A stretch of 64,000 nucleotides of DNA from Candidatus Altimarinota bacterium (GTDB lineage: Bacteria; Patescibacteriota; Gracilibacteria; UBA1369): positions 736,001 to 800,000 of the forward strand of contig OY782391.1 in the NCBI GenBank assembly GCA_963677745.1, read 5' to 3'. Made by a program: the position numbers and the translations under genes. Shown here piece after piece: positions 8,832-21,300 of the stretch (its first letter is position 1; the number at the start of each line of letters is the position of its first letter). The notes under the pieces are model-generated. The model ran no database searches. It was not told where the DNA came from and worked only from the letters and a program-made list of their open reading frames with translations.

Positions 8832-10715
8832 CTATATTACAGCCATATACTTAGAATATATTTCTTCAGCTGTCAATTGACGGCCGGACCATTTTAAAAT
8901 TTTAGCGTCCATAAAGATGCCGGTTTTTGCTGTGATATATTCGCACATTTGCGCTTGTTGATTCATTTCCACGCCGATTTTCCATTTACACCGGCTTAAG
9001 ATCTTCTTTACCTCCCTGCCGTGGAAAGGGACAAAGTAGGTGATTGGCAGCAGATTGGCTTTTACGCCGTCTTTTTTGAGCATCTGCAGCACTTCCAGCA
9101 AAGCATCTTTGGGCGACCCCCAGGTCACAAAAGTCACATCCGCTTTCTCTGCCGGATAGGCGGGACCAGCTGTAAACGATCCGTCCCTGGCCGGACCGAT
9201 CAGCTTGGGGGCCGGCAAGTCTTTCAGACAGGATTCCAGTTTTTTTAGCCGTTTGGCATGCATGGCAATGCGGTTTTCTTCAGTCTCGGTCAAATCTCCG
9301 CTCTCGTCATGTTCATCGCTGGAGGAGCGGTAACGTCCCCCTTTTGTTCCAGGCAGCAGGCGGGGCGAAACTTCGTCGTCGGTAAATTTATAACGCAAAA
9401 ATCCGCCGTCAGGCGATTGGTGTCCCAGTTTTTTAAGTGCTGCCACTCTGGCCGGATCCCGTATCAGTTTTCCCCGGTCGATTTTCAGTTCTTTTGTAAC
9501 GAATGGCCTGATATTTTTAATGCTTTCCGAAAGGTGTTTATCGCCCAGAATTATTGCGGGCATCTGGTATTTTTCCGCCAGATTAAAGGCTTCAAAAGTT
9601 TTGTAAAACAGCTCGTCAAAATCCCCCGGTGCCACTACCAGTCTGGGAAATTCCCCCTGCGAAGCATGAATCACAAATTGCAGATCGCTCTGTTCGGTGC
9701 GGGTCGGGAGTCCGGTGGAAGGTCCTCCGCGCTGTGCCTCATAAATCACCACCGGTGTTTCAGTCATGCCGGCAAAACCCAGGGCTTCGGACATCAGTGA
9801 AAACCCGCCGCCCGAGGTGGCGGCCATGCTTCTGGCGCCGGCCCAGCCGGCGCCGATGGCCATATTTATGGCGGCCAGCTCGTCCTCCGGTTGTTTGACA
9901 ATAATATTATAATCCCTGGCGGCCTTGGCCATAAAATGCAGCACCGAAGAAGCCGGAGTCATCGGATATTCAGCCACCAGTTTCACGCCGGCCCTGATCG
10001 CTCCCAGACAAACGGCATCGTTTCCTGTCAGCAGCAGGCGGCGCGGCTGTCCATTTACCGGGCGCAGGCCAAAACCAAAAGTGGTCACATCAAAATTTTC
10101 AACTACATAATTATAGCCCGCCCGCGCCGCCGCCAGATTCTTCTCCACCGTCTCCGTACCTTTCCTGGCAAAGTTCTCTTTTAAAACTTTTAATAATAGT
10201 TGTACCGGCAGTCCCAGCAATGCCAAGACGGCTCCTAGTCCAACTACGTTTCTGGCTGTGGACAGGCCTGCTTTTTCAGCCAGTCTGCTCAAGGGCACAT
10301 CAAAAATCAGACGGCCGTTACCGGCAGTCCCAATCCCCTTTTTCCACCCGCCCGGGAATTTATAATCGGGTGTTTCTGCGCCGTCATAAATGACGGCGCC
10401 CCCCTGGGCGATTTCCCTCAGATGCAAATCCAAAGTCTCCGCATTAAGAGCCAACAGTAAATCAACCTTATCCTTGTGTATGGAAACTTCAAAATCGGCA
10501 ACTCTGATCACGTTGGAATTATGTCCGCCGCGAATCAGTGAAGGATATTCAGCGTTACCGAATACCGAAAGTCCCGCCCGCGAACAGAGCAGTGCCATCA
10601 GGTGTCCGGCGCTCTGAATTCCGCTTCCGGCCTCCCCGCCGACCATCCAGTTCAAATCATTGATTTTTTTCCGGGCAACCGTTTTTCCACCGGTTCCGGG
10701 GGCCGCTTCTTTCAT
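8832..10715 (-). CDS. korA: 2-oxoacid:ferredoxin oxidoreductase alpha subunit (gamma-alpha fusion)
   Basis: GGEAGSGI, EYPSLIRGGHN, YPMTPAS, EDELAA, TSGGGFSLM, QRGGPSTGLPT. Confidence 0.93.
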   Translation of the reverse strand: MKEAAPGTGGKTVARKKINDLNWMVGGEAGSGIQSAGHLMALLCSRAGLSVFGNAEYPSLIRGGHNSNVIRVADFEVSIHKDKVDLLLALNAETLDLHLREIAQGGAVIYDGAETPDYKFPGGWKKGIGTAGNGRLIFDVPLSRLAEKAGLSTARNVVGLGAVLALLGLPVQLLLKVLKENFARKGTETVEKNLAAARAGYNYVVENFDVTTFGFGLRPVNGQPRRLLLTGNDAVCLGAIRAGVKLVAEYPMTPASSVLHFMAKAARDYNIIVKQPEDELAAINMAIGAGWAGARSMAATSGGGFSLMSEALGFAGMTETPVVIYEAQRGGPSTGLPTRTEQSDLQFVIHASQGEFPRLVVAPGDFDELFYKTFEAFNLAEKYQMPAIILGDKHLSESIKNIRPFVTKELKIDRGKLIRDPARVAALKKLGHQSPDGGFLRYKFTDDEVSPRLLPGTKGGRYRSSSDEHDESGDLTETEENRIAMHAKRLKKLESCLKDLPAPKLIGPARDGSFTAGPAYPAEKADVTFVTWGSPKDALLEVLQMLKKDGVKANLLPITYFVPFHGREVKKILSRCKWKIGVEMNQQAQMCEYITAKTGIFMDAKILKWSGRQLTAEEIYSKYMAVI

Positions 10716-10741
10716 GTCCGGACTGATTATTCTAAAACTGT

Positions 10742-11188
10742 TTATTTCAAAACTTCTCCGACCAGCCGGTTGATCATCCCGCCATCGGCTTTCCCTTTAA
10801 GCTTGCCCATTACCAGTCCCATGGCTTTTCCCATGTCGGCTTTGCCGGAAATTCCGGCGGCGGCCAAGGTCTCCGTGACCACGGCTCTCACCTCTTCTTC
10901 CGTCATTTGGGCCGGCAGATAGGCCATCAATACTTTCATCTCGGCCTCTTCTTTGGCCGCCATATCTTCCTTTCCACCGCTTCTGAATCCTTCGGCTCCG
11001 TCTTTTCTTTGTTTAACCTCTTTCTGGATCAGAGTTAGCACGGCCTCATCGGTCGCTTCTTTCTTTTCACCGTCCACTTCCCATTTCAGGATTGCCGCCT
11101 TCAACATGGACAAAGTGCTTTTTTTAACCTCATCCCTGGCTTTCATGGCCTCAATAAAATCCTGCTGAATTTTTTCTTTTAATGTCAT
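10742..11188 (-). CDS. GatB/YqeY domain protein
   Basis: LKEKIQQDFIEAMKARD...KEVKQRKD...YLPAQM...DMGKAMG..KADG. Confidence 0.92.
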   Translation of the reverse strand: MTLKEKIQQDFIEAMKARDEVKKSTLSMLKAAILKWEVDGEKKEATDEAVLTLIQKEVKQRKDGAEGFRSGGKEDMAAKEEAEMKVLMAYLPAQMTEEEVRAVVTETLAAAGISGKADMGKAMGLVMGKLKGKADGGMINRLVGEVLK

Positions 11189-11271
11189 AGTCGGTTAATA
11201 AAGGAATCTGCAAAATCTCCGCACTGCAGTCTAACCGAATCTTGCCTTACTGTAAAATTATCGGACGGAGC

Positions 11272-13239
11272 TTAGGCGGTCTGTAAAATTTCCTGTTCCA
11301 GAATCCTGTGGAAATTCTTATTCAAAGTCACCTCTTTTTGCCTGCCCTCCCCTTTCATCCCGGCTATGCCGATGAATCCATACCGTTTCATAAGTCCCTC
11401 AATTTTTGCCCGGTCGGCGCCCGGGTAAAGGGCTGCAATCTTATCTGCGGTCATTGGTAGAATGGCGGCATGTTCCTGCTTACTGGTTAGTCCGGCGTCT
11501 AGTTGAAGTTGCAGCGTGCGGGTTTTTCGGAAAAGTTCTTTTTCGGCAATACGCAGGTCCTGATCGGCGATTATTTTATCCCAGCCGGTTTCCAGTTGGC
11601 TGAGTCTGTTGCTATCAGATTCTTTCCGGTCCAGGTTGGAAACACCCAAGGGCAAATCATTCTGCATTTGAGTCTGTCCGGTTTCACCACGGCCTTTGTC
11701 CTGATCCGCGGCCGGAACGGGTTTTTCACGATCCTGTACTTTTTTATCGGTTCCAACATCGGAACTGACCGGCACCCGCTCAGGTGTTTTGTGGGACGAA
11801 TTTTCCGACAGTGCCGCCTGGGCGGACTTGCCTTCCAGAATTCCAAAGACGGCTTCCAGAATTACATGGTAGCTGCCGTTATTTTTTCGGAGTATCAGGG
11901 TATCCCCGGGCCGCTTGGCCTGGAACATATTTCCATTCACATAATCCCTGGACCGGGCATTGGAGCTGTCGCTCTGATCCAGTCCCAGCTCAGCACTGTC
12001 CGCAAAAATCCTCTCCGCCAGCCGGTACTCCTGCGGGAATTTTTCCTTGGTCAGATAAGTAGGCAGTCTGCCGCTTTGTTTCTCAGCCAGGGCTGTCCTG
12101 TACAGATTCTTCAGTTTTGAATCCTTCAGGCTTTCCGCCACTTTGGCGGGAGTTCCGAAATGTTCATTAAAGTAGACGCTGATACCCAGATTGATTGATT
12201 TTTGTAGTTGATTCAGTTCCAAAATTTGTGCATTGGTGGCGAGTCCCCGAAAAGGGGCAATCATGGTGTCGGTTACAGTGTTGCCGTTCAGTCTGGCTTC
12301 CCCTTGATGGATTATTTCCTGTACCAGCGGGCTGCGGGAATTTTCCAGTACGGAAGCGAAATGTCTCGCTTCAAAACTGCTGGGCGCCGGTTTTTCAGCC
12401 TTAATTTCAGGCACAACCGTCTCCGGCACCTGAGGTGTTAAATTCAGGGAAAAAGCGGTCGGGGCGACACTCGCCGACGGCGCAATATTAACAGTAGGTT
12501 TATTTTCGGGAAGCTGTACGCTGCTGGTATTGACGGAATTTAATGTGTCGTCTGTGGATTGGTTAATGATCAGTCCGGCAGTTCCGGCTGCAGCAGTAAC
12601 ACTGGCGGCCACGGCCGCTCCTCTCCAGTGTCTTTTGAAAAATCCGACAGCGGAATCAATTGCCTTCCCGATTTTCTCTTTAGCTTTATCCATCCAGGAC
12701 TTTTCCGGCAGAGACTCATTTATTATTACCCTGGGTATCTCGGGAAGATTTGAAACAGCCTTCCTGAAGTTTTCCGTCACAGGAACTTCCCGGCTGGGCG
12801 GGGCTGACAACTTGACCGGTTTTTCAGGTTCGGATGGTTTGATTGAAGCAGTGGGGACATCCGCCTGCTCATCTTGAGCTCTAATTGAGGCGGACAAATT
12901 GGAAACTTCCTGTCGAACCGGTTTAATTTCCTTGAAAGCCATATCCACAATTTCGTCCGGGTTGTCAAAAAGTTGGCGTAAATCCGGCAGACGGCTTGGT
13001 TTTGCCAAAACGCTCAATTCGCCGGAGATCCTTTCGGCGTTCTGTCTGGCTTCTTCTTCCTGCTGTTTCGAAACAGCAATAATCCCCGGTAACGGCAGGC
13101 CGGGGGGAAGCGTGGCTGGTTGTGAGGGCACCTGTGGGACAGATGTTCTCGGCATCAAAGGTTCAACTACCTGGCCCGGGGTTTTCTTCCCGTAATAGGG
13201 CAGAGTCTTCACATTCCCGGACTTATTGTTATTATCCAT
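11272..13239 (-). CDS. Hypothetical single-pass membrane protein
   Basis: 655 aa, Pro-rich N-terminus, one hydrophobic segment (AAVAASVTAAAGTAGLII). Confidence 0.75.
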   Translation of the reverse strand: MDNNNKSGNVKTLPYYGKKTPGQVVEPLMPRTSVPQVPSQPATLPPGLPLPGIIAVSKQQEEEARQNAERISGELSVLAKPSRLPDLRQLFDNPDEIVDMAFKEIKPVRQEVSNLSASIRAQDEQADVPTASIKPSEPEKPVKLSAPPSREVPVTENFRKAVSNLPEIPRVIINESLPEKSWMDKAKEKIGKAIDSAVGFFKRHWRGAAVAASVTAAAGTAGLIINQSTDDTLNSVNTSSVQLPENKPTVNIAPSASVAPTAFSLNLTPQVPETVVPEIKAEKPAPSSFEARHFASVLENSRSPLVQEIIHQGEARLNGNTVTDTMIAPFRGLATNAQILELNQLQKSINLGISVYFNEHFGTPAKVAESLKDSKLKNLYRTALAEKQSGRLPTYLTKEKFPQEYRLAERIFADSAELGLDQSDSSNARSRDYVNGNMFQAKRPGDTLILRKNNGSYHVILEAVFGILEGKSAQAALSENSSHKTPERVPVSSDVGTDKKVQDREKPVPAADQDKGRGETGQTQMQNDLPLGVSNLDRKESDSNRLSQLETGWDKIIADQDLRIAEKELFRKTRTLQLQLDAGLTSKQEHAAILPMTADKIAALYPGADRAKIEGLMKRYGFIGIAGMKGEGRQKEVTLNKNFHRILEQEILQTA

Positions 13240-13414
13240 ACGGTAAAACCAAACAAATTCAAATGGTATTAAACACTAAACTTGCGAAAAAATCAAGTAT
13301 ATTCAATAAAAAGCAAGTTAAACAGCTGAATATTTCAGATTATTTACAAAAACCCTGCCATAACTGGCGAGAGTTTTTGTGTAATCAAAAGAAATCTGCC
13401 GTTTAGCCGGAGGC

Positions 13415-13708
13415 TTACGGGGTTTTTACATCGTCAACTGCCTTTGCGGCTGCATCTGCTGCGGCCGGAGTAGTGGTGTTGGCTTCAGTGACGGTTACGG
13501 CTCCATCCACGCTTCCTGTTGTAGCAGGCATAATGCTGATAGATCCATTTACCTCTTTTTGGTCAGGTTGAACAATCGTGATTTCACTCGGAGTGGTTGC
13601 TGTCTTTGGAGTGGTTGTAGTTACAGGTGTAACTGGTTTTTGGCATCCGGCTACTACTAGGCCAGTGCAGAGTGCTGCCAGAAGCAGACTTGCGTGCGTT
13701 TTATTCAT
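13415..13708 (-). CDS. Small Thr/Pro-rich lipoprotein
   Basis: Signal peptide with lipobox VVAG-C. Confidence 0.75.
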   Translation of the reverse strand: MNKTHASLLLAALCTGLVVAGCQKPVTPVTTTTPKTATTPSEITIVQPDQKEVNGSISIMPATTGSVDGAVTVTEANTTTPAAADAAAKAVDDVKTP

Positions 13709-13851
13709 AGAAAATTTTTGTTTAGGATTTAAACACCATAATTGTATTTATCTTTGACAAAATGGCAAATATTCTTTTTAGCCAGATCAAAAAAGAATGT
13801 TTTAATCAATAATTTCGGCCTATAATAATATAGTTTTAATCCTCAACGATT

Positions 13852-14645
13852 ATGATCAGACATGCTGCGGTGGCCGGCTCTTTTTATCCCAAAAACTCCC
13901 GGCAGCTGGAAAATGCCCTCGATCGTGTTCTGAAAACTGCCGAGCCAAAGTCTCTGACCAATCTCAAGGGCCTGATTGTGCCCCATGCCGGCTATGTCTA
14001 TTCAGCCCTGGTGGCCGCCCAGGCTTATCGTCAGTTGCTTGAACTTCCCCGCCAGCCATACAATGTCTTTTTGATCGGACCCGCGCATCATGTTTCCACC
14101 AGCGTTTCCATCGGCATGTTTGAAGCCTTCGAAACCCCTTTGGGCCGGGTGGAAGTAAATCGGGAAATCTGCCAAAAACTGCTTTCCCAAAACACCTGGC
14201 TGACCTCTGACCCCACACCCCACCTACCCGAGCACAGTCTGGAGGTACAGTTGCCTTTCCTGCAAAAAACCCTCAATAACTTCCGTATTATCCCGATCTT
14301 AGTGGGCGATGCCAGAGCCGGCGACATAGCGGCAATTTTAGCTCCCTATTTCCTGCAGCCAGATTCCCTGTTTGTGTTTTCTTCCGATCTTTCCCATTAT
14401 CATCCCTATCGGAGGCCTGCGACATTGACCGGACAACCCTGGAAGTTATTCGGGCAATGGACTTGAATATGGCCCCCCGGATGGAAGCCTGCGGCGATAC
14501 CGGCCTTACAGTTGCCATGGCCTTGGCCGCCAAATTCGATTATCAGATTGAATTGCTGGATTACCGGAACTCCGGCGATACCGCCGGCGACAAAAATTCC
14601 GTGGTCGGGTACGCGGCGCTTGCCATCGTCAAATCACCAAAATAA
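13852..14645 (+). pseudogene. amrB: AmmeMemoRadiSam protein B (MEMO1 family), frameshifted near 14410 (pseudogene or assembly error)
   Basis: RHAAVAGSFYP, PHAGYVYS, EHSLEVQLPFLQ and SSDLSHY are in one frame. The expected continuation EACDIDRTT...EACG...NSGDTAGDKNSVVGYAA is in another frame; one base appears to be missing at tat-cg-gag. Confidence 0.85.
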
Positions 14646-14647
14646 AC

Positions 14648-15202
14648 ATGTATACCACCAAACAAAAAAATTTCCTGCTCCGGCTCGCCCGCCAGTCCAT
14701 CGCCAACTACCAAACTCACGGCCAGCTGCTGACCTTGTCAGATTCTCCCGTTGACCCCCTCTTGAAAGAAATACGCGCGGTCTTTGTTACCCTTACCATC
14801 GATGGTCAATTACGCGGTTGTGTGGGACACCTGAAAGCTGTTCAACCCCTCTATCAGGATGTCATTGAAAATGCCGCACGTGCCGCCTTCAACGATTCCC
14901 GCTTTTCCCCGCTGGAAGAAAAGGAATTACAGCAAATCAACATCGAAATTTCCGTGCTCACTGTTCCCCAAAAACTTTCTTACTCTAGCCGGGACGACCT
15001 GTTGACTAAACTCCACCCCCCTACAGACGGCGTCATCCTCAAAAAAGGCTGCTACGAAGCCACTTACCTGCCCCAGGTCTGGGAGGAGCTTCCCTCTAAA
15101 GAAGGCTTTCTCTCCAGCCTCTGCCAGAAAGCCGGCCTCCCGCCCGCTGAATGGGAGCAAGGCCAGCTGGAAGTTTTCGTTTATAAGGTAGAAAAGTTAT
15201 AG
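14648..15202 (+). CDS. amrA: AmmeMemoRadiSam protein A (AMMECR1 family)
   Basis: FVTL..LRGCVG, AAFNDSRFSPL, IEISVL, ATYLPQVWE, LCQKAG. Confidence 0.93.
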   Translation: MYTTKQKNFLLRLARQSIANYQTHGQLLTLSDSPVDPLLKEIRAVFVTLTIDGQLRGCVGHLKAVQPLYQDVIENAARAAFNDSRFSPLEEKELQQINIEISVLTVPQKLSYSSRDDLLTKLHPPTDGVILKKGCYEATYLPQVWEELPSKEGFLSSLCQKAGLPPAEWEQGQLEVFVYKVEKL

Positions 15203-15383
15203 CAATCAGTTTCTTTTCAGGTTTTTTCATTTCTCAATTCTCTCCGCCTTTACACGGCAGTTTATGTAGACCAATAGTGAAGAAGACCTGAGGCCAAAAT
15301 ACCTTCTATAAAGCGGAGATCTGTTGTTTCTATTTGCCCCCAAAAATGCTAAAATAATAAGATTATTATTTTTAACAGCGGTC

Positions 15384-18300
15384 ATGGACGGGCGGAATTT
15401 ACAAAAAGCGCTGGAAGAAAAACTCCTGGCCGGAGAAATCCGGGAAGCTGAAAATCAGGAAACCGGGGTTACGGAACTGGAAACTCAGAGAGCCGAAACG
15501 CCGGAAGTCCAGGCGGAAAACGATCAGTTAAACCAGCTCCTTTCCGACACGACCAACAAAATTAATTTCACCAGAGATCATCTCAAAATATTTGAGCTGC
15601 TTTCCCCCGGGGAAAGGGATCAGCTGTATTTATCGATAGCTGCCACCGACAGCCTGCAGGTCAAAGATATTGATTGGGAGAAGCTTTTTCAGCATCCCGA
15701 CGCCCACGCTCTACTTAAGACTATCCTGGCTATACCCGGAAGATTGAGTCTGCAAAGCGAACAGGACATAAAGATGATCTTGAAACTCCATGATGAAATT
15801 GGTCCGGCCAAACTTAAAGCCACCTGGAAAAAACTTGGCGAACCGCTGCTGGAGCGATCGTTTGTGTCACAGATCGAATCCGACCGGAAGTCCTTTGACT
15901 GGTCCAGATTTTATCTTTATCTGGTAATCGGCAGTTTTGAAAAGTCCACACTTAATCAATTGGAACTGCTTAGTGAAGCTCAGTTGAAAAAAATTGAACT
16001 GGTTTTAAAGGTATACGGCAAAGCCGAGCTGGAAAAACAATGGACCCCGGAAAACCTTGAAGATTTTGAAGAGCTGGAACAAATGAACGGGAATTATCAG
16101 CGGGATAGGGAAGATTTGCTCTCTGCCACCCAATTTACCGAAAATCTTTCCCCGGAAGTTATTAGACATCTTCCCCAGGAAACGGGAGGCGGAAGCGGTA
16201 CCAGCAGTAGAAAGAGACCCGATCACACCATCTGGCATTTCCAGGGAATTCATGGGAAATACGACCAGCTGATTAGATTTCAGAGATGTCTCGGTGTCCT
16301 TCCCACGGAACGGCTTGACCGGATATTGTCTGTCTTGAAACCAAGTAAATATCCGGTGCGTGAACCGGCTGAAAATATTTCTCTGGGACAGGCCGATAAT
16401 TTTTTGCAATTTGTCCAAACGGCCCGGCTGGAAGGCCGGCTGAATCTGGAACAGCTGTTTGATAATGCGGTGTCTTTTTCTCCCGAAAAATATGTTCCCA
16501 TAAAAGGCTTTCTCGCTTTTTTGGAAAATCAACATCTCTCCAATTCAATCACTGAAATTAATTTTCCGTCCTTCCTGAAAATGATCGGCGAGTCCACTGC
16601 GCAGGAAATAGAACAAATCAAAACAGGTACTGTCAAATACTGCGAACTCGGTTTGGCCAAAATGATCAACTGGAAACAGAACTGGGGCGACTTGCTTAAA
16701 AAAGTTAGTTTGCCGGAGTCCGAGACAGCTAATCAACTGCTCAAAGACTGCGTTGAACATCATGAGCAATATGTAGGGAAAAGGTATAGCGGCGAAAGAA
16801 ACTTCTCTCTGCTGAATCGCGATGGGAGCTCAGTTCTTGGTCTTTATGAAGCCATAAGCCAGATTGAAGAATATTTTCGGGACGATCAGGAGTTGATGTT
16901 TAAAATTGGGGAACTGGGTGAAGATAAGATGGAGATTATCCGGCTGGTTTTAAACGGGCAATATAAAAAAAATGGCAGTAAAGAATATGATTTGCCGGTG
17001 TTGGAAGGACTATTGGTCCAAATGCCCGGCCGTCTTCAATATGTAAAACCGATCCTGGACAGGGCCAAGACCTTATCTTCCGAACAGAAAAGGAGTCTGT
17101 TTTTTTTAAGCTCCTATTTTCACTCTTTTTGGGGGCACTTAAATCAACAAAATCTTTCCATTCTGGAAACGTATATAAACAGCGGTAAGGCACGGCAAAT
17201 GGAAGAATTTTTGAAAAATTTCCCAATCAAGGGGTTCGGCCCCGAAACCATTGAGAAAATGGCGGACTCCGGAGGGCCGGCAACGCTTTTTGCCTATATC
17301 GACCCGAGGAAATACAAGCCGGAAATTTTAACAGCGATTATCGACAAACTGATTGCCTTCCATTCCGCGGGTATGGACAAAAGACTCTATGAAAACCCAA
17401 CTCAAAACGGAATAAATCCGGAAAATATTTCACTGGAAAACCTTCTTTCCGTTGATGTCGGGAAATTTGTCCGCATAGCCAATTTTCTGGCCAATTACAA
17501 CTGCACTGATCCTCTTTATTATCTCACTAATTTAAACTTTGACGAAAGTGAGGAAAAACTGATGCGTAGGATCAGACAGGCTTCGGCGACCGATTATTTC
17601 TGGAACTACAGGGAAACCGTGCTTGACGAAGAGGACCTGCTTGTGCTCGAGAAAGAACAACTGAAAAAACAGACGGAAATCAGGGAGAGGATTAGTTTTG
17701 CGGGAAAACTATTTGGGGCAAAACTGACGGGAGAAAAAATTAAAAACTTAGAAAGTTTGGCAGAAGCGGTCTGGCAAAGGCTCAAGTCCAATCAAAAAAT
17801 TCTGGAATTATTCATTGAGACTTCTGGCAGAATAAGTCTGCGCGAGGAGGCCCTGGCTCTTTCTGACGCAATGCTGACTGAACCGCTTGTCTGGCAATAT
17901 CATCTACTTGAACAAATTTTTGACGACGCACTCATGGAAAGTGCGCTTCAAATGATTCTTGAATGTAAAAAACAGGGCGTAGAAGATATTTTCAGGGAAG
18001 AAAACTCTCCCAGTCGTATTGATCTCCGTGGATTGACCGAGGTAGCCAAAGTTTGGGATGAAAACAGGGAATATCTGCAGGAGCCGGGTTTTCTGAAGAT
18101 ATTTGAAGGGCGCGGGGGTCTGCTTCGAGATTTTCTCAACATCAAAGACTCTTCAAAAAACAATTATCTTCCTCCCGCCCTGCGAAATAACGATCTGGAA
18201 CCGGATATGGATGAAAATCAGCAGCGGAAAATCTTGCCCTGGCTGCAGCACTTTGATGTCGAGAACGGCTGGGACTGGAAAGCCTTTATAAAGTGGATAG

Positions 18301-21300
18301 AGGACAAAAATTACCAGTTGCCCCCGGATGAAATCCTTTCGGTACTCCATCAATATCTGGGAGAAAGGATCCCCTATATTTTTGCGAAAGCCATTATCGA
18401 GCGTTGTAACAAAGGTGAGAAGCCGGAAGATATTTGTGCCGGACTGGATAACGGTTCTTCAAAAAATGATGAAGACGGTATTGATAATTACAGATGGAGA
18501 GATGCTAGAAATGACAATTATTCCCGGCAGATTCAGGCAATTCTTGGCAACGACGCCGAATTTACCTCAAAACATCTTACCGTGGGGCAGTGCGAGCAGG
18601 CTCTGAAAATGTCCAGACAGCAGCTGGAAAACCTCTGGAAAATGGGGGTGTTAAAAAGCCGCGGAGAATTTAAATATCCGCAGACAAATTGGGACAATGC
18701 TGTTTATATTGCCAACCATCCCAACTTTGATTTGATTGCTTCCGCCGACAATGATGGTTATCTATTTCTTCCCCTGTTCAGGGAGATTCCGGTCAGGATT
18801 CATTTTTTCTGTGACCGGATCGACTGGGACATCCTGCAAAAATGGCAAGACGTGCAGGCGGAGATGAAGCTTGATCTGGTCGACAGTGTGGACTTTTTCA
18901 ATTATCCCGGTCATCAGGAGATCATTGAATTTGCCGGACATTTGAAAGAAATTCTGGGGAAACAATTGCAGGTTTCCGCCTATGACCTGCTGATCATGGA
19001 CGTTCAGAAAGACCTCCCTCTCCTGAGAGAACTAAAGACAAACTGCGCACTCGGCCTCTCCGAGGACAATCTGAAAGCTTTGGCGGTTGCGTCCAGTGGG
19101 GAAATGCAAAACACAATCAAAAAAGTATTGTCGATACTGGACAACACCAGCCAGATCGACTACGGCCTGGCTGCCGAAAAAATCGGGGAGATGAGTCCTG
19201 GCCTCCGCTATGCGGTTCTAAAAAACAAAGGGATCTCAGCCTTCGGGCCGGATATTTTACGGTTCAAAGATCAGGTCAGGCAGCTCCTCAGCCGGGAGGA
19301 GTGGACGAAATTTGTGAGAGAACTTTTTGCGGAAAAGCACGACGCCTTCAATACGGAAGTGGATTTTGACATGGCCAGTATTATTCTCACCGACCCGTCT
19401 TTTGTTTTTACGGAAGAAAACGATTGGTATTTAAACAAGTTTCTCGATCTTTTCCGGGCCTTTAACGGCTCGGAAAAGGAATGGACGGATCTGATTGATC
19501 TGGCTGGGGATGACAGATTGGCCTGCACCTTCAAACGTGACTGGAATTCGATAGCTTCCGGGTTGAAAAAAAATCTTAGATACTGGCGATTATTGAAAGA
19601 CCGTAACACTGAACTTTTTTTCCAGCATCTGAAAGAATCGCCGGCTTCACTGGAGATTGAACAGGAATACCTGGAAAAAGCCATCGGATCGGTTTCTGTC
19701 ACCGGTTTGCATTTATTACTGGAACAGCATGAAAAGGGGCTGCTTGGTCTGACGGATGTTCAGACCGATCGAGTCCTGGTCCGCTACCTGTCCATCGGCG
19801 GACAGATATTCAGGCTGATGGAAACCGAATTCAACAAAACTTCTTTGGAAAAATTGTGGATAAAAACAGTCAATGGTTGGCCGGACTTTCCATCTCGGGA
19901 AAAGTTTCTCGGCAAAACCGTCACCACTGCCTTATCAACTACGGACTTTGGTCAGATTACGTTGCCCGCTCAGGCAGAGGCCCAGATGATCCAGGCTTTT
20001 ACTTCGGACAAACTGGATGATCCGGAGATAAACCGGTCACTTGGCACGCGTCTTTCCGGTTTCGGAGACACTGAAATTTCAGCAATCAGCCGCGTTTATC
20101 TAAAAAACAACATCAATAAACTGCAGCTTGATTATAGTAAATCCGGTCAACTTGGACTGCAGCCGGACAATTGGCTGGCTGTTCTGATGGCCTACATAAA
20201 AATCGCCGAAGATCTTGAAGAGGGTGGAAATTTTCACCCGCCCCTAGCGGAAACAATCCAGGAAATCTTTAAGGATGATCAGAATAAGGATTTTTGTCTG
20301 AAACAACTGGAAGGGCTCTGGAAAGAATATCTTTCCGGAGGGTCAAAAGAATCAATCCCGGCCAACCTGCTGCTGCTTGCCAACTTTGTCCGCAGGGCGG
20401 AAGGTGCGGGGCCGCTCAGTAAAATCGAGTCGATGCTTTTAATGGTGGAGGCCTACCTGCAGGCACAAAGGGGGCCCAACACCGCGCCCCGCACCAAGGA
20501 AGCACTGTTTGCCGGACAGAAAGATCTGGGGCGGCGCTTTGAAAAAGAACGCTGGTCCGAGGACGACCGGGCCGATTTTCAGAATATTTTCCGGACCATC
20601 ACCCTCGCCGCCCCCAGTCTGGCCACGGATTTTCTGGAAATGTTTAAAAAAATGAATCTCAAGGACATCAAAAAGTTCATGTCGGAACTTTTCCCGCTGT
20701 TCAATGTGGAGATTCTGATGATGGAGAAGGGACAGGGCCGGCCGGGCGCCCGTCACGACCTTCGTTCCTTAGTCGGATTGCGAAAAAAAATCAGGGAAAT
20801 CAAATCCCGCCTCCAAACCGGTTCAGCCAGTTTTGATCAGGAAAAACTGGATCTGATAAAAGATATCCAGCAACGTTTCCAGGCCCGTTTTGGCATAATC
20901 AAAACCCCTCAGGCTTTTGGAGCGGAACAGTTAAAAGCCTTGATTAACTGCAGTGTTTATCTCTCCAATCTGGTCAATCCCACCGATCAGAAACAGTGCA
21001 TTCTGGCTTTCTATCTGGCTCTTATTTTAAACGGTCAATGGGAGTCTTTCCGCAGGGGGGAATCAGTTGATCCGGGTGAATATATGAGTCCGCCGATTGC
21101 AGCAAGACTCACGGAAGTCATGGAGGGTAGACAGAAAATGCTCGACGGTTTATGGGCTCATTCAGGCATTCGAGAAGAGGACCAGTCCAAATTTCAGGAA
21201 TTGTTACAGACGGAAGAAGCGGTGATTGAAATAGGTAACGTTGAGACCGTGGATGTAAAGTTGGCAAATCTGGCCATCAACATGAAACGACTGGAGGATC

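Noticed and set aside
14400-14420. Programmed ribosomal frameshift in amrB
   Set aside because: No slippery sequence or stimulatory structure is evident. A simple one-base loss explains it.
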